A DNA stretch of 64,000 bases from Lepidodermella squamata. Lineage: Eukaryota > Animalia > Gastrotricha. Below, in pieces: positions 51,304 to 64,000 of this stretch. The position numbers and the translations under genes are program-made. The notes beneath the pieces are model-generated. The model was not told the origin of the DNA, did not search any database, and saw nothing but the letters and a program-made list of their open reading frames with translations. The DNA is taken from positions 3,410,001 through 3,474,000 of the forward strand of contig JBLDXI010000024.1 of the NCBI GenBank assembly GCA_047495785.1. Reading direction: 5' to 3'. The first letter of the stretch is position 1, and each line of letters begins with the position of its first letter.

Positions 51304-51536
51304 CTTAAATCTTCCGTTTCCGACATGAGCGCAAATTGTTTTGTTAACTCAAATAGAAACAACTGGTCATGTTTTACCGGACGTGTTTCTTTCGCTTTAT
51401 TTATTTCATATTAAATTGTATATTCGCGTTGGTAATATTATTTGCTTGTACTAACGTGCTTTGCGGCATTGCGATGGCTAATTAAGCCTATCAGTTATTA
51501 TTCATCGATTTTTACTGATAGGTTAATTGTAGTAAA

Positions 51537-52471
51537 ATGTTATCGCGTCGGGCTGCAATTTTGCTATGCGGCTACGGAAAAGCTGGGCAGAACGCTTTCC
51601 TGCGATCGCCCGTGTCTGTCCCAAAGCAACGTGTCCCTTCGCGTAATTTCATTCATTTGATCAAAAAGGAAGATCGCGTCCGTGCTGTGATTCTACTCGG
51701 CGGTCCTATTATCACATTTTGCCTCGGTGTTTGGCAAGTGAGGCGTTTATTCTGGAAACGCGATTTGATCGAGCATTTACAATCAACAATGAACCAAGAA
51801 CCGCTCGGGTTCGACCAGGTAAGGCCCGACGAAGACTTAGCTGAAATCATGGACCGTTTACCTGAATATCGTAAAGTCAAAGTCCGCGGGCGGTTCGATC
51901 ACAGCCGAGAAATTTACATTAGACCTCGGCCGATGGTTGACCGAACTGGAAAACCAGCTGGGTCTTCAGGCGCTCACGTCGTAACCCCTTTCATTCTTTC
52001 ATCGCCAATTTACCCGAGTAACGTTCGAGGAACCTGGATTTTAGTGAATCGAGGTAAAATTTGAAGAAATGATTGAGGTAGAAATGCGAAAAAATCGAAA
52101 TTTTAGGGTGGGTTGACTTTGCGCATATGGACCCAACAACACGTGCTCGAGGTCAGATTGATGCCGAAATCGAATTTGTAGGCGTTGTTCGCAAATCTGA
52201 GGCGAAACTTTCGCGAATCGTTCAGAAAGACATTACCGACGAGAAAAATGTCGTTTGGTCGCAGCGAAATGTTGAAGCCATGTCGTTCATTCTCGGTACC
52301 GGCTCGTTTTTCATTGACGCAGACGCGAAAAGCTCAGTACCGGGCGGTCCCATGGGAGGCCAGACCATACTGTCGGTTCGCAACCAACATCTGTCTTACA
52401 TTTTTACGTGGTGGGCGTTATCTAGCGCCACTGCGTACATCTGGTTCCGCACCTTTATCCGACCAAAATAA
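51537..52471 (+). CDS. SURF1: Surfeit locus protein 1 (cytochrome c oxidase assembly factor)
   Basis: TFCLGVWQVRR, EYRKVKVRGRFDHSRE, VVTPF, ILVNRG|WV, PGGPMGGQT, RNQHLSYIFTWW. One intron at 52054-52106. Confidence 0.96.
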
Positions 52472-52536
52472 ACTATACCGCTGATTTAATTACTGTTTAG
52501 GATGGATTTTAATAACACTGATTAACCGGATTAATA

Positions 52537-55500
52537 ATGTTGGCGGTTCCGATTGCGGTCTTCCAATGCTGCCCTGAGTCGATCTTTTTCGACGAGAGGA
52601 AGATCTCGTTCACGAATGGGCAGGTTAAAATTGGCCGCGCGATCGCTCAACTGAAAGCTCGACCTGATAACCTGATTTTCGACTGCAAAGTGCTGTCGCG
52701 AAATCACGCGCTGCTTTGGTACGAGAACGGCAAAGTGAGTTGATTTTCGATTAAGGCGGAATTTTTTCGTATTTTTTGCCCGATTTTTCGAGGCTATTTT
52801 TTGCCGATTTTTTTCAATCAAAATTCCTGTCTGTTCGTTTTTTGATTAGCTACTCACACCTTGTGTTGAAATAACAATTGAACCGTTTGATCGCGCGCGC
52901 TTGCGACTGATTTGTTTATAAATTGGATCACGTTGTTGTACTGATGAGCTCGCGTCGATGGTGTTTGTTCTTGGGGTCGAAGGAACCGGCGCGTGCGCGC
53001 ACATCTGCCGGCCGACTGGCTGACTGATCGTGATGATTCTATCAGAGATAGATAGATATATATTATTAGAGAATTCAAGGCCCCTGCGCCCTTCTACAAT
53101 ATTATATTATCTTTATCACGGCGGCGGGAAGCAGCAGACATGTGGCTGTCTCTATATATGGGTATGTAGGCCTATATATCCTGGATTATATATATTGGCT
53201 CTATTCAAAGTAGAAGTAGGAACAAAACCAGGTCCGGGTCTAATAAATGAGCAATAAAGAGGCGCATTGAATCAGGCGGAGCGTGTTGTATTCGCTAGAT
53301 TAAGCGCGTCTCGCGATCGCCAGACCATTCTTCTTCATCTCGTACTTCATCTTCCTATTTTTCTATCTTTCTTATTGTGAAAAACGTAACGAAGTAGTAT
53401 TATAAATGGCCCATGCCCATCAGTTCGTTGTTGGCCGCGCCCCATTAGCAATCGATTAGCACGCCCGCCGGTTCACCTCTTATACGTAGTGAACGATTGT
53501 TATTTACCCATTTGTTGTATGCGTATTGTGAGAGTGTTGTTATGTTTATTTCCGCATCCTTTTTACGGTTGTTGCTTACGCTGCTAGCCTTCTCGATGAT
53601 CGTCATTAAGAGGCCACTTAACACCTGCCGCGCTGCTGCTGCTGGTTTTTCAATGATCGATTTTTGTGGGTTAAATCCTTTCGATTTATTTTAGGATTTC
53701 TTGATGCGGAGAGAGATTGCGCCATTTAGGTGCCGCGTTTGATATTTCAGTCTATTATTTTATGGGTCTAAATTAATTTCGGTGTACGTTTTCTCTTTTT
53801 CTAGCTGAAATTTCGCCTAAAATCGTTGAATTTTTGAAGTTTTTCATTGCAAGGTCTTTTGTCAAAATGCATTGAGACTTCTTTCTTATTAGGTTTTATT
53901 TTTGCCGATTTTTCTAGGATTTTTCTTCTTAAATTCGGCCAGTCACTGGTCTTTCTTAATTAGCGATCGATCGTTATAACTAGCGAGAAAATGTATTTTT
54001 CGAATTTTGTTTGCCCAGCTATATTTGTCTTAGCCTTAGCCGCATTTTATACCCAGTTTCATCCCACTCAACACCTGCTTTTTATTGCTTTCTTTCGCAA
54101 TCGATCGTTTCATCGCTCGGGAGCAGTTAAACCCTCCTTAATTGCCGTCTGGATATATTTTCGCATTGCATAATTTTGCGAAATTTCGCGCCGCCGCCAT
54201 GCGTGTGTTTGCATATGAGTGGCTGTTGAACGCTGTTGTACTAGTTTGCGTCCGAAAAATCGATAAAAATTTCGCTTGTTACTGCTGTGAAACCCCTCGG
54301 CAGCCGGCGCACAGGGCTATATAATAATAGAGTTATAACAATAATTCTAACACTGTGGCTTAGGGGACGAAAATATGGCTGGCCACTACTATTAGAAGAT
54401 GCTGCCTAAAATTCAAAGCCGCGCCACATTTCGCCGTTATTTATTGTTGTTTGCGCGTCGTTTTTCGCTTGTTCGTGTTCCCTATTTTTGTTTACAGTCG
54501 ACACCACTAGCCACCACATACATAACTACACGCATTGCGACTGGATATTTTTGCGTGTATGTCGACAAAATGTCGGCAAATAACGCAATATTTTCTTGGC
54601 TTGTTTAGAATTTTTCATCCGTAAAAAAATCGGCTTATTACTTGGAAGGGCAATTTTTTTCATTGCGGCAAATAAAGCTTCGATCAAAGAATTTCCGCTC
54701 TTTTGCTCTTCGATTTTTTTATACATTCCGAATGCCCTCCGCGTCTCGTTATACTTCTTATTATTTGTCATGCGATGCGTCAATAATACTCGGCCTTATG
54801 TTTAATATTTGCGATTTTTTTTCCTTACTCGATTGTCGATTTTTTATGCGATTCTTTTGTAATTTTTTCTCTCTAGTTTTTGCTACAAGACACGAAAAGC
54901 AGCAACGGCACTTTTGTGAATAATGCTCAGATTCCGAGTGAAGACGGCAGCCCACCTACCCAGGTCTATTCGCGCGATTACATACAGTTCGGCATCAGCG
55001 TAGTTGATAACGATACGAAAGGTACGTTTTTTTTACTGCCTGGTCTCAAATTGAAGATTTGTTCCGTTTATAAATATCTGGGGATTTTTAAGATTATTTT
55101 TATCGAATTTTACCTATCCCACTTGTGCCGTAAATCTCGCAATAGCAGATTGTTCACTCTGATGCAAAAAGCTGTTTTTAAACGATTTTCTGAAAATTAA
55201 TGATTAGGAATTTCATCGTATATAGAAGAATAAAGTATTGCAAATTTTTAGGCCATGGTTGAAGTCATTTTAGAAGATGATAAAAATGAACGGAATATTT
55301 CAAAATAGAAAAAACGTGTAGTTCAAGACTATCGATTCTCGCAAAAACACACCTAAATTTAATTTTGTCGCCATAATTTAGTAAATTACATTGATTAATA
55401 GGAAAATGATCAAAATCGTGAACTAAGCAGCCAGTGCCCACGCTTTCTGTTCGCATTTCATTGATAATCTCTTCTAACGAAGCGTGAAAAATCGGTTAAT

Positions 55501-58500
55501 GGATAGTCATGCTCATTTTCCCATTCAGTTTATCGAGACATTATTTAACTTGAAATACCTATACCTCATATAGTGCTGTCTCCTTCAACCTAAATTTTCG
55601 GGTCAACATTTGAAGCTAATTGATAGTGATAGTCAACATCAAGTTTCGCCATCTGCATCCCGGTAGCAGTACTTTTAAGGCCCAGATGTGAGACCAAATT
55701 GCTCCAATATAGACGATATCTTCAATTTTCAGTCCCTAGAGTCAGTACTAGAGTCGATTTTGATTATACATTTCATGTCCGAATTTTCACTTTTGATCTG
55801 GGCATGTTAAATTCTTTAAAAATGTGGGATTTCAGCAATAAATTTCAGACTCCAGCATCGAATTTTACCTCTTCCTAAATATATATAACCTTAGGTTACA
55901 CTATTGCGTTATATGTGATCGGTTTACGAGCTATACCGAGCTTACACAGCTGATATCGATTTCAGTTATCGATTTTACAAATCAGTGATTTTTCCGATAT
56001 CTACGGTCATGCAATTTTGAACCTGAGGTTGCCAAATGAAGTCAAAATTCTCAAATTTTTAAAATTCCCTTCCTTGATGTTTTTTCGTTAAATTGATGAA
56101 AATGTTGAATTTGGCTATTTTTTTATTTTCTTTAGTAACCCACGGCTGCATAGTCGCTCAGGCGTTTTTGTACCACGCCGACGGGCGCGAGGCATTGAAA
56201 GAAGCGAACGGCGTCGACGCAATCGCCGGCGCGAAAGGCAACCGCGGCTCATCACAGGCGCTAGCCTGCTCCTCCGCCGACGCTCGCCTTCAGGGCCAAT
56301 TGGCCCGTTACCTGAAAGAAGCCCTGGCCCGCGAGCAGATGCTTGATAAAAAGATTCGCGAGCTGCAGGCGCTCGTCACCGCCGCCCAGCAGTCGAGCGA
56401 ATCGGCGTGGCAGGCGTCAGTCGACGAAGAGCGCCTGCTAACGCGGCTAGAAATGCTAGAGGACCAGCTGAAAATCTACAAGGGCGCGTTTTCCGAGGAC
56501 GATTTCCGGCACGAATTGAGTAGAATCAAGGCCGAACAGATGCAGTACGACCTCGAGGGTAAAGACTCGTTATGCCACGCTCTGGAGGAGAAAACGCGGG
56601 CGGTTGTTCGAATGGTTGAGCTGGAGAATCGTCTCACGTCCACCGAGGAGGAATGCGAGCGGTTGCGGCAGGCGTGTCAACAGGCTGAGGACGAACTGGT
56701 CGAGACTATCGATAAATTGAACGCGAAATTGGACGAAGTTCAGGAGTTGAAGAGTCGGTTAGAACTCGAGGAATCGTCGCGGGATGAAACGGTTCGCCGG
56801 CTCGAGACTGAGAAGACGAATCTGCTGGCTAAGCTGGAAGAAGCGACGCAGAATGAAACTGCTCTGACGGCTCGTCTTTCATCGCTGCTGGCCGAACAGC
56901 AGCAATTAGCGTCGGCGCAGCGTGATTTGAACCAGCAGCAAGTCAACAAGTCGAACTCGTTGGATTCAAACAGCGGCCGGTTGAGTTTGCGCCAGATTGA
57001 GGCGGACAGCTTGGCGTCTCGCGGCTCGCCGGCGTCGTCGTTGCATCAGAACGGCAACGGCGCGAATGACGAGAACTGCGAGAATGGGCTTAGTCACACG
57101 ATTCTGCTGCTTAATGGCGGGCATAAGCCGGTTGAAAACGGCGTCGATGACCATCGCAATAGCACAGGTGAGTTCCTTTAAAAAGAGAGAAAATACGAAT
57201 TTGTTGCCTGATTACACAAGCTGAAAAGTCCACCTTAATATACGTGTTTTTTTATTTGGACGCAAAATTATTTAAATTCCTATTTTCTTGATTTTTTTCC
57301 CCAAAACTCGACATTTACATTCAATTTGTTTGGTTATTGTCAATAAAGCTTGTTGAAAGAGAACGAAAAAATATTCACATACTATTATTCGTTGTTATCG
57401 ATTCGATTGCGATATTTAGGTTATTAAATATTTAGCGATGGGTCAAAAATTTAACCTGAAAAATTGGTTGGATATTCGATAATAGAATTGCCTCTAAAAA
57501 GCTATGAATTCATTGAGAAATTTTTCATTAAAAAAATAATTAAATTATGGGCTATAATTCTGATTGTTCATTTGGTGATTTTTTAATTTTATTTGTTAAT
57601 TTCAGAAAAAATAAACGAACTCGAAAGTCGGTTGGAAGAGGGCCACAAGTCTGTCGCTAATCTTCAGGCCGAACTTGAAACCTCGCAGGCAGAAGCCGCC
57701 GCTCACCTCGCTCGAATTGCCACTCTCGAAGGTCAGTTTTTATCAAAATTCGACATATTTAGCCGCAATTTTGATGCTTTTTATTATTTCTCGAAACCCT
57801 GCTAAATTCTGTTGTTGTCTTGTTTTTTTTTATAAAAATTTTATTGGTTCGTTATCGCGGGTAAATTTACAGAGAGGTAGTTGAATGATGCTGGCATTTG
57901 GGAGGACAAAGAAAACTATTTTACGAACGGAGGCTTGGCTACTAACCTTGTCCAGATGATTACTAGATCGCTGTACTAAAATTACTGCTAGATTCGATGA
58001 GGAAAAACTGACAAAATCCATGCTTGGGCGTTTTAATCAATTTTTTGTTACCGGGAATTTTTTCTTGAAATAAAACTCTAAATTAATTTTGATAATTATT
58101 CTAAAAATTTGATTGATCGTCGTAAAGAAACGCTGCAATCATCGGAGCTAGGCATAAATTTGCTAGTCGAAAACGCGGCAAGTTCGCTACATCGTAAGTT
58201 TGAAAACAGTTTGTTGTCTTGTTATAGCCGTGTTGTTGTATTGTGAGTTTCATTTTCATCGCTACGGGTCTTGCTCGCATTCGGCAAAATTAGATGTACA
58301 CCATATCATCTCTGTTGTTGATTTTTCGACTTTCAAAAAATCTAAAGATTTAGTTGTATTTTTCATTCAATTAACACACGGTGACTCTGGGAATGCTGTT
58401 TTGTCGTTGGTTTTTTGAACGTAATAGCTAGAGCGCATGATTATTGTTTCCCGATTTTTCCGAATATTTATTGATTTTTTTCACTATTTTTTCGGTTTAG

Positions 58501-59490
58501 TTCAATTGGCGGAAAGCGAGCATCAGGTGAATACAAGCCGGCAGATTAAACAGCAGCTGCAAGATCGGATCGGGCAGCTCGAGCTGGAACTGTCTGCCCA
58601 CTTATCGTCCTCTCAAGGCACCCTGCTTGAGGTTGCAAATGTGACTCAAGTGCCCAGTCAATCGCTGATGCAATCATCCGGTGATTCTGATATCAGCAGT
58701 AAGTGATTTTTATCGATTTTTCATTTTATTGATTCAAAAATCAATTTTCAATTTCAAAATTAAAATCTAAAGTGTTCTCATTTTCCCGAATTAATTTTTA
58801 ATTTTTTTATTAATAGGCGATGTGACTAATCTAGCGTCTGAATCGATGATTTCAGTCGAAGAGTCGTTCGAACTCAAGGCCGAGAATGAGAAATTCCGGC
58901 GAATGGTCGAATCGTTGCGGGACGAGAACGCGCGGTTACAGCGCGAATTTCAAGAGCTGAAAACCAGCTCGTCCTCACCTAACATCAACAACAACAACCA
59001 TAATTCGACGCCGAACGGACCCCGGCGGCTGCATACCAGCAACAGTACGGTGGAATCGCCTACCGGTCGGCGCTCGCTCAATTCGACGCTGAACAATTCG
59101 CTGAACGAAAGTCTCGTCGTTTTACCGCCCGATGAAAATTATTGGGTAAGCAGAGTTCAAATTCGAAATTATTTTGAAATTTCAAAAATGAATAATTTTC
59201 GAGAAATTTTGTATTTTTTGAATTATTGAATGGAATGAAAAGTTTTACTGATTTTTAGTCCGTTTTTAATTATTTTTAGATATTTATTTGTTGTATAATT
59301 TTTTTACAAAAATTTTAAAATCGAAAATGAATGATAAAATTTGAGGTTTTATAGTCAGTTATTTCAGATATTTTGTGGTATTTTTCATTGATTTCTTTTG
59401 TTTATTTTTTCACAGCGTCGCCTCGTAATTTCCAGTGCAGTTCTAGCAGGTATTTTCGCAGTGCTCCTCACATTTTGGCAGTCTGGCTGA
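52537..59490 (+). CDS. SLMAP: Sarcolemmal membrane-associated protein (FHA domain, coiled coil, tail anchor)
   Basis: The FHA domain KIGR...FDCKVLSRNHALLWY|FLLQDTKSSNGTFVN|VTHGCIVA spans exons at about 52537-52733, 54876-55021 and 56136-57167. Coiled-coil exons lie near 57606, 58501 and 58818. The last exon 59416-59490 encodes the hydrophobic tail RRLVISSAVLAGIFAVLLTFWQSG*. Confidence 0.92.
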
Positions 59491-60181
59491 TTTTCATCCT
59501 CTTTTCTACCGAACCTGTTTTTTCGATAAAAAAATTTCTGTTAAAAACAACAATAATAATAATATTATGAAAAAAACCCATCACACGTTCTGTTATTATA
59601 ATATGAAATATATTACGCTTCGATTCGACTCAATCTTCCACACGCTTGCTGATTCATCCGTTTATGAAAAAATAGCAAAATTATAGCACTGGGTCCTCTT
59701 TGCCTTCGAGATATCACACGCGTTTCCTTCTCAACTATCAAAAAACTATGTCGATCGAAGTTATGAAATCTGCTTCATGGGTGGTATTTTAGTTTGCATG
59801 GGGCTACAATATAGCGGTGTACCTATAAACTGAAGTGACAAGCTAATCTTTTTTTCGAAGAAAAATTCGGTTGTTTTAACGAAGAATAATGATTGGATAA
59901 AACTAGTTTTGCAAGCCTTTCGCGCGTCTCTCGAGTTGAATCACACACTATATCTCGACTTCTGCTCGATGGATGCCTTTATTAAATCCGAGATTGTAAC
60001 GAAAAAAAACATTATAACTGATGTAAAAAAAATAGCGATGGAAAAAATATGCATGTGTTTCATTTTTTGGCCGCCGCAATCTTGCGCTTTTTTTGATGGA
60101 GAAATAATAAAAAGGAATGGAATTTGAATAAAAACATAAAACTCTGAAAAATCTGTCGCTTTTATTTTAGATTGATTTTTC

Positions 60182-61034
60182 ATGGTAAAAAGGACAAACG
60201 CAGTTGAAAATGTCGCTGAAAGCCCGCCGAAGAAGAAAATTCAGTCGAAAGGAGTTCCTGAGCTGATTTTATCGCTACCCCCGGAAATTTTGATCCGAAT
60301 TTTGGAATTGATACCAGCTTCTGAATTACTGAGCTCCATCTCACAAGTTTGTAAACGGCTTCATGCAGTTATTCAATCCGAATCGTTTTGGCTCGATTAT
60401 TTAGCTAGTCAGTTGTTTGATCGCGAGAAATTCGATAAATTCCTCGAAAAATCGAATTTATCGAAATTGCGGCAGAATTTAGCGAGTGCGATTTTTTCGC
60501 CTCGTGGCGTCGCAGTTTTGACGGATCAGAAAAATTGCTACCCTGTCGCCCTAGTTGTCATTCCAACAACCCTGGAAGACGTAGTTTCTAGCATTTTAAA
60601 GCACAACAAGCGCCCGTTTGAGGACCAACCGTACTGCGTGTTCGATTTTCGGGAGAAAAATCAAGACGTCACGTCGAAAATGTCGCGATGGTTCACGTTG
60701 AATTTTAACGCGCTCGGCTGTGATGCCGATTTTATTGACACATTTCAGCCGGAAATCACGGCGACTGGCACGTCGGGCACGTCGCGAATTTTCGGGTCAT
60801 GCCGGCCCCAGGCCGCGGCTTTGGTCGATGAAAACGGGAAAATTCTCGACAGTTTTTACCTGTACGATTTTCATCACAGCGTGAGTCATTTCATTTTTGA
60901 GTCATATATTTAAATTTGAATTGATTTTTTTTTAGAAAACTCAACTCTTCAAAAGTTGCGCGATCGGATCGCGTTACCTGGTGATATATTCGCGGCACCA
61001 CCCGGTTGTGAAATTTTCGGTCACGCCTCGCTGA
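60182..61034 (+). CDS. F-box protein with a divergent, possibly FBA-like C-terminus
   Basis: NLS-like PPKKK and F-box ILSLPPEILIRILELIP..ELL...SQVCKRLH.VI. Exons 60182-60880 and 60936-61034. Confidence 0.75.
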
Positions 61035-62801
61035 ATTTATTCGAATTTTTTTTCGGACAGCGTTTTTTATTGCTTTTTTATGTTATTGATGATGGTTTGA
61101 TTTAATTCATTTTTAAACAATTTTTTGTAGTTTAATTTTCGTGTTGATGAGAACTGAGAATAAAATGGTTTTTGGCATCATGACTTTCCATCAAAAATCA
61201 AGAGTCGATATGAGAAAATGACCCCAGACACTACAAGGTGGCCAGAAAAAGCCGCAGTTCATTTATTGGATGGCGTATCGTTTTTTGAGGTGTTTCAAGA
61301 AATTGGAGAGCTTCAAGATTTGCGACAATGATCTTTTCAAAATGCAAAAGCAAATTTTCGAATTTGTTGGTAGTCCTCAAAAAACGATGCGCACTCCAAC
61401 CAATGAACTACGCCCCCTGACATGATTGAAGTTGGCGGACCACGTTTCTGCAGCTTTTCTGGTAACCTTGTTTGGGTCAAAATGTCGAGGAAATATCGCT
61501 GGGTGGGCGACAGAACGAGACTTGCCAAGAATAGAAACAAATGGCGAAATGCATTTGATGCACAGAAACGACTGGCGCCCTAGTGATCAGCTGATCAAAA
61601 CACGCGAATGACTTGGCGGAGATGCATAAGTTGTTTTTACGCCATTTATTTCTATTATTGGCAAGTCGTTCTGTCACCCACCCCGCGATATGTCATCAGC
61701 CAACTTTCGTTGGGTTTTTCAAATTTTGGCAATGCAAATTTTGGCAATGCAAAGAAATGGCACAACACCCAAGAACGGGGCAATGCGAACTAAATTGGCG
61801 TACATCTCAAGACTACCTTTGATCTGAGGTAAATAACAAACGTTATCGTGATCTAATTTATCACTCAAACCTCAGCCGGATATAAACTCCCTTCAAACTT
61901 TTTACATCACGCTCAATAGCGAATTTTTTGAGTTTGGAGTGATTAAATTTCAATACGTTTTCCACATCAGGCTCCAGGCTCCAGCATTACGAATATCATG
62001 CTGCCTGCTGGGAAGAAATCGAATCAGAGAAAGTAACACTTTTAGGGTGTCAATTTCTCCTATAATGTGAATGGGAATCCGTTGAAGAAATTCAAACCGA
62101 GTGTGTTCCTATAGCCCATAGTCACTAATAATCGCCAGGGTTGACGGGTCAATTCGGTTCGAAAGCGTAAAAAATGAAAGATTCACTGGCTATTAATTTT
62201 CAAAATTTCAAGTTTGAAATTTTAGTAGCTCCGTATCTATTAGGAACAAATACGGTAATGAGAATCCACGCATATGCCGTTAATAAATTTGACCGAGTGC
62301 TCATTCAGGCTTGTCCAGACTAAAATCGGGTTAAATCCGGGTGTAATCAGGGCACGGAACACGGAACGCAAATACAACCTATTTAACGAGACGCGTCAGC
62401 CTTAATTGCTCGAAGCTCTCTTCTAAAAATGCCTCGTGCGCTGTTATAAGGCACGTGAGTGTCTATAAAAATCAGACGTCTGTGACCATGCGTTATTTTT
62501 CATTGTTTACTGCTCCATAGCTTGGATGAGATGATGAGGAACTCAAGCCTGTCACCAGCTGTTTATTTATAATTCGCTGCGACCGAGACGGCTAGACATG
62601 TTTACCAATATGACGATCTTCGTGATTTGTTGAAAAAAAAACTACGCACCGCCTAGCATCGATTGAATCTACAGCAAAAACACAGACAGTTAATTACTAG
62701 AGCGAAGATCATATTAGATTCATGCGCGTCCGTTTCAAGTTCACATCTATTATCCAATTTTGTTGAATTTGCCAATTTTAAATCTCGCTATTTAAGTTAT
62801 T

Positions 62802-63185
62802 ATGGACTTGTCTGCAAAGTACAACGCTGAACATCAGCGAAATTCCAGTTCTAACATCTCATCGCCGCGTTCATCGAATTCAACCGCGCCAAGGTGCCCG
62901 TTTATTAACGAATTTTTCGCCTCGTTGTACTCGCTGTACGCCGAGGGTCTCATGTGTGACGTCACGGTGGCGATTTCGCCCGAGCACCGGTTTAATGCCC
63001 ACCGCGTTGTGCTATCGGCGTCGAGTCCGTTCTTCCGGGCCATGTTTACTAACAACGCGCTGCTCGAGGCGCATTCGAATACGATCAACCTCGGCGGCAA
63101 TGTTGTCGATCCGCTGTCTTTCAAAATTATCCTCGACTACATGTACCAACGGCAACTGGATATCAACGAAGACAATGTTTGCCAG
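62802..63185 (+). CDS. BTB/POZ protein (probably kelch-like), first coding exon
   Basis: MCDVTV....RFNAHRVVLSASSPFFRAMFT...ILDYMY...INEDNV, followed by donor CAG|gtatgc. No further exon was recognised in the window. Confidence 0.85.
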
Positions 63186-64000
63186 GTATGCCCTTTATCA
63201 TTTGAGCTCACGTGAGATAATTCGATTATAGGCATTTAATTTTCTGGATCTTGTAAAAGTTTAATTGCAAGCACCAGCGAACGCATGACGTCACTTGAGC
63301 AATCGACAACTGAGCAACCCTGTTATAATATTTCTTCAATTGAAAGCTTTACTTCTTAAGTTTGAATACCCTTTTTAGATCTAGGATTTGCTCGATTGTC
63401 GTTTTGCTCAGCGTCAATTGCGCAAATCATATATAGCGATTTTTTTTCCTACTTCAGCCTTTTCAGGTTTACATTTCTCATTTTGTTTAAAATCTTGAAT
63501 TAAATATTGGAGCGATTTTTACTAACGTACTGCCCGAAATGTTAGTCGGCTTCGTTTAAAAGTCGGCCTCAAATATAAGACGGGGTCCAAAGGTCATTCG
63601 AAATATGCAATGAAGGTCAGGCCTCAAAAAATGGTCAGATCTGGCACCTAGTTTCGGACAAAACCATTTTTTTTAGGGATTAAACAGTTTTATAACTAAG
63701 ACAATTATGGCATTTTGAATAAAGGTCGATAAGATGATTGCCGATTTATCTGCAAATTTCGGTGATTTTGCCATTTTTACCTGATTTTTGGCGATCCAAA
63801 ACTAACACAGTTGAAGTTTTCTAACGTAAATTTTTACGGAATTTAGAAGCTGTTAACATTTTTCGGTTATGCAATTCATACTTTTCCATGAAAATAATTA
63901 AACTACATAGGTCTCAATAGCTGATTGGCCGATTTAACGTGTAAATTTTTTGAGGTGTCTCTTGTTAGGCAAATGCTTCCATTTTTCTCCAAATCCTCTA

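Noticed and set aside
52854-56090. Many short ORFs in the ORF track
   Set aside because: They lie in SLMAP introns, are low-complexity, and show no recognisable domains apart from the FHA exon near 54876.

Overview
This is eukaryotic DNA from an invertebrate animal with a compact genome. Positions 1.7-46 kb hold a tandem duplication (offset about 24.8 kb) of a giant, probably secreted mosaic lectin gene of about 4,300-4,400 aa. Its order is 13 EGF, about 10 C-type lectin, 3 FA58C/discoidin, 5 fibrinogen-related, 1 PAN/apple-like and 4 sushi domains, split by about 44 introns of 45-70 nt. Two features stand out. (1) Each large 'constant' region is preceded by several 3-exon N-terminal cassettes (signal peptide + 2 EGF). 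There are four intact cassettes and one decayed one, each behind its own copy of a conserved ~400-bp upstream block. All four intact cassettes end in the same phase-1 donor, which fits a 24-nt constant microexon. This resembles the alternative-promoter layout of clustered protocadherins and sDscam. (2) Each gene copy is followed, about 20 nt after its probable stop codon, by a sense-strand HDV/CPEB3-like self-cleaving ribozyme fold whose pairing is preserved between the two copies. The flanks contain a partial trypsin-family protease gene, Twinkle, SURF1 only 65 nt upstream of SLMAP (operon-like), an F-box gene and the first exon of a BTB(-kelch) gene. MITE-like inverted-repeat elements and decayed coding remnants lie between the cassettes. 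All gene models were derived by eye.
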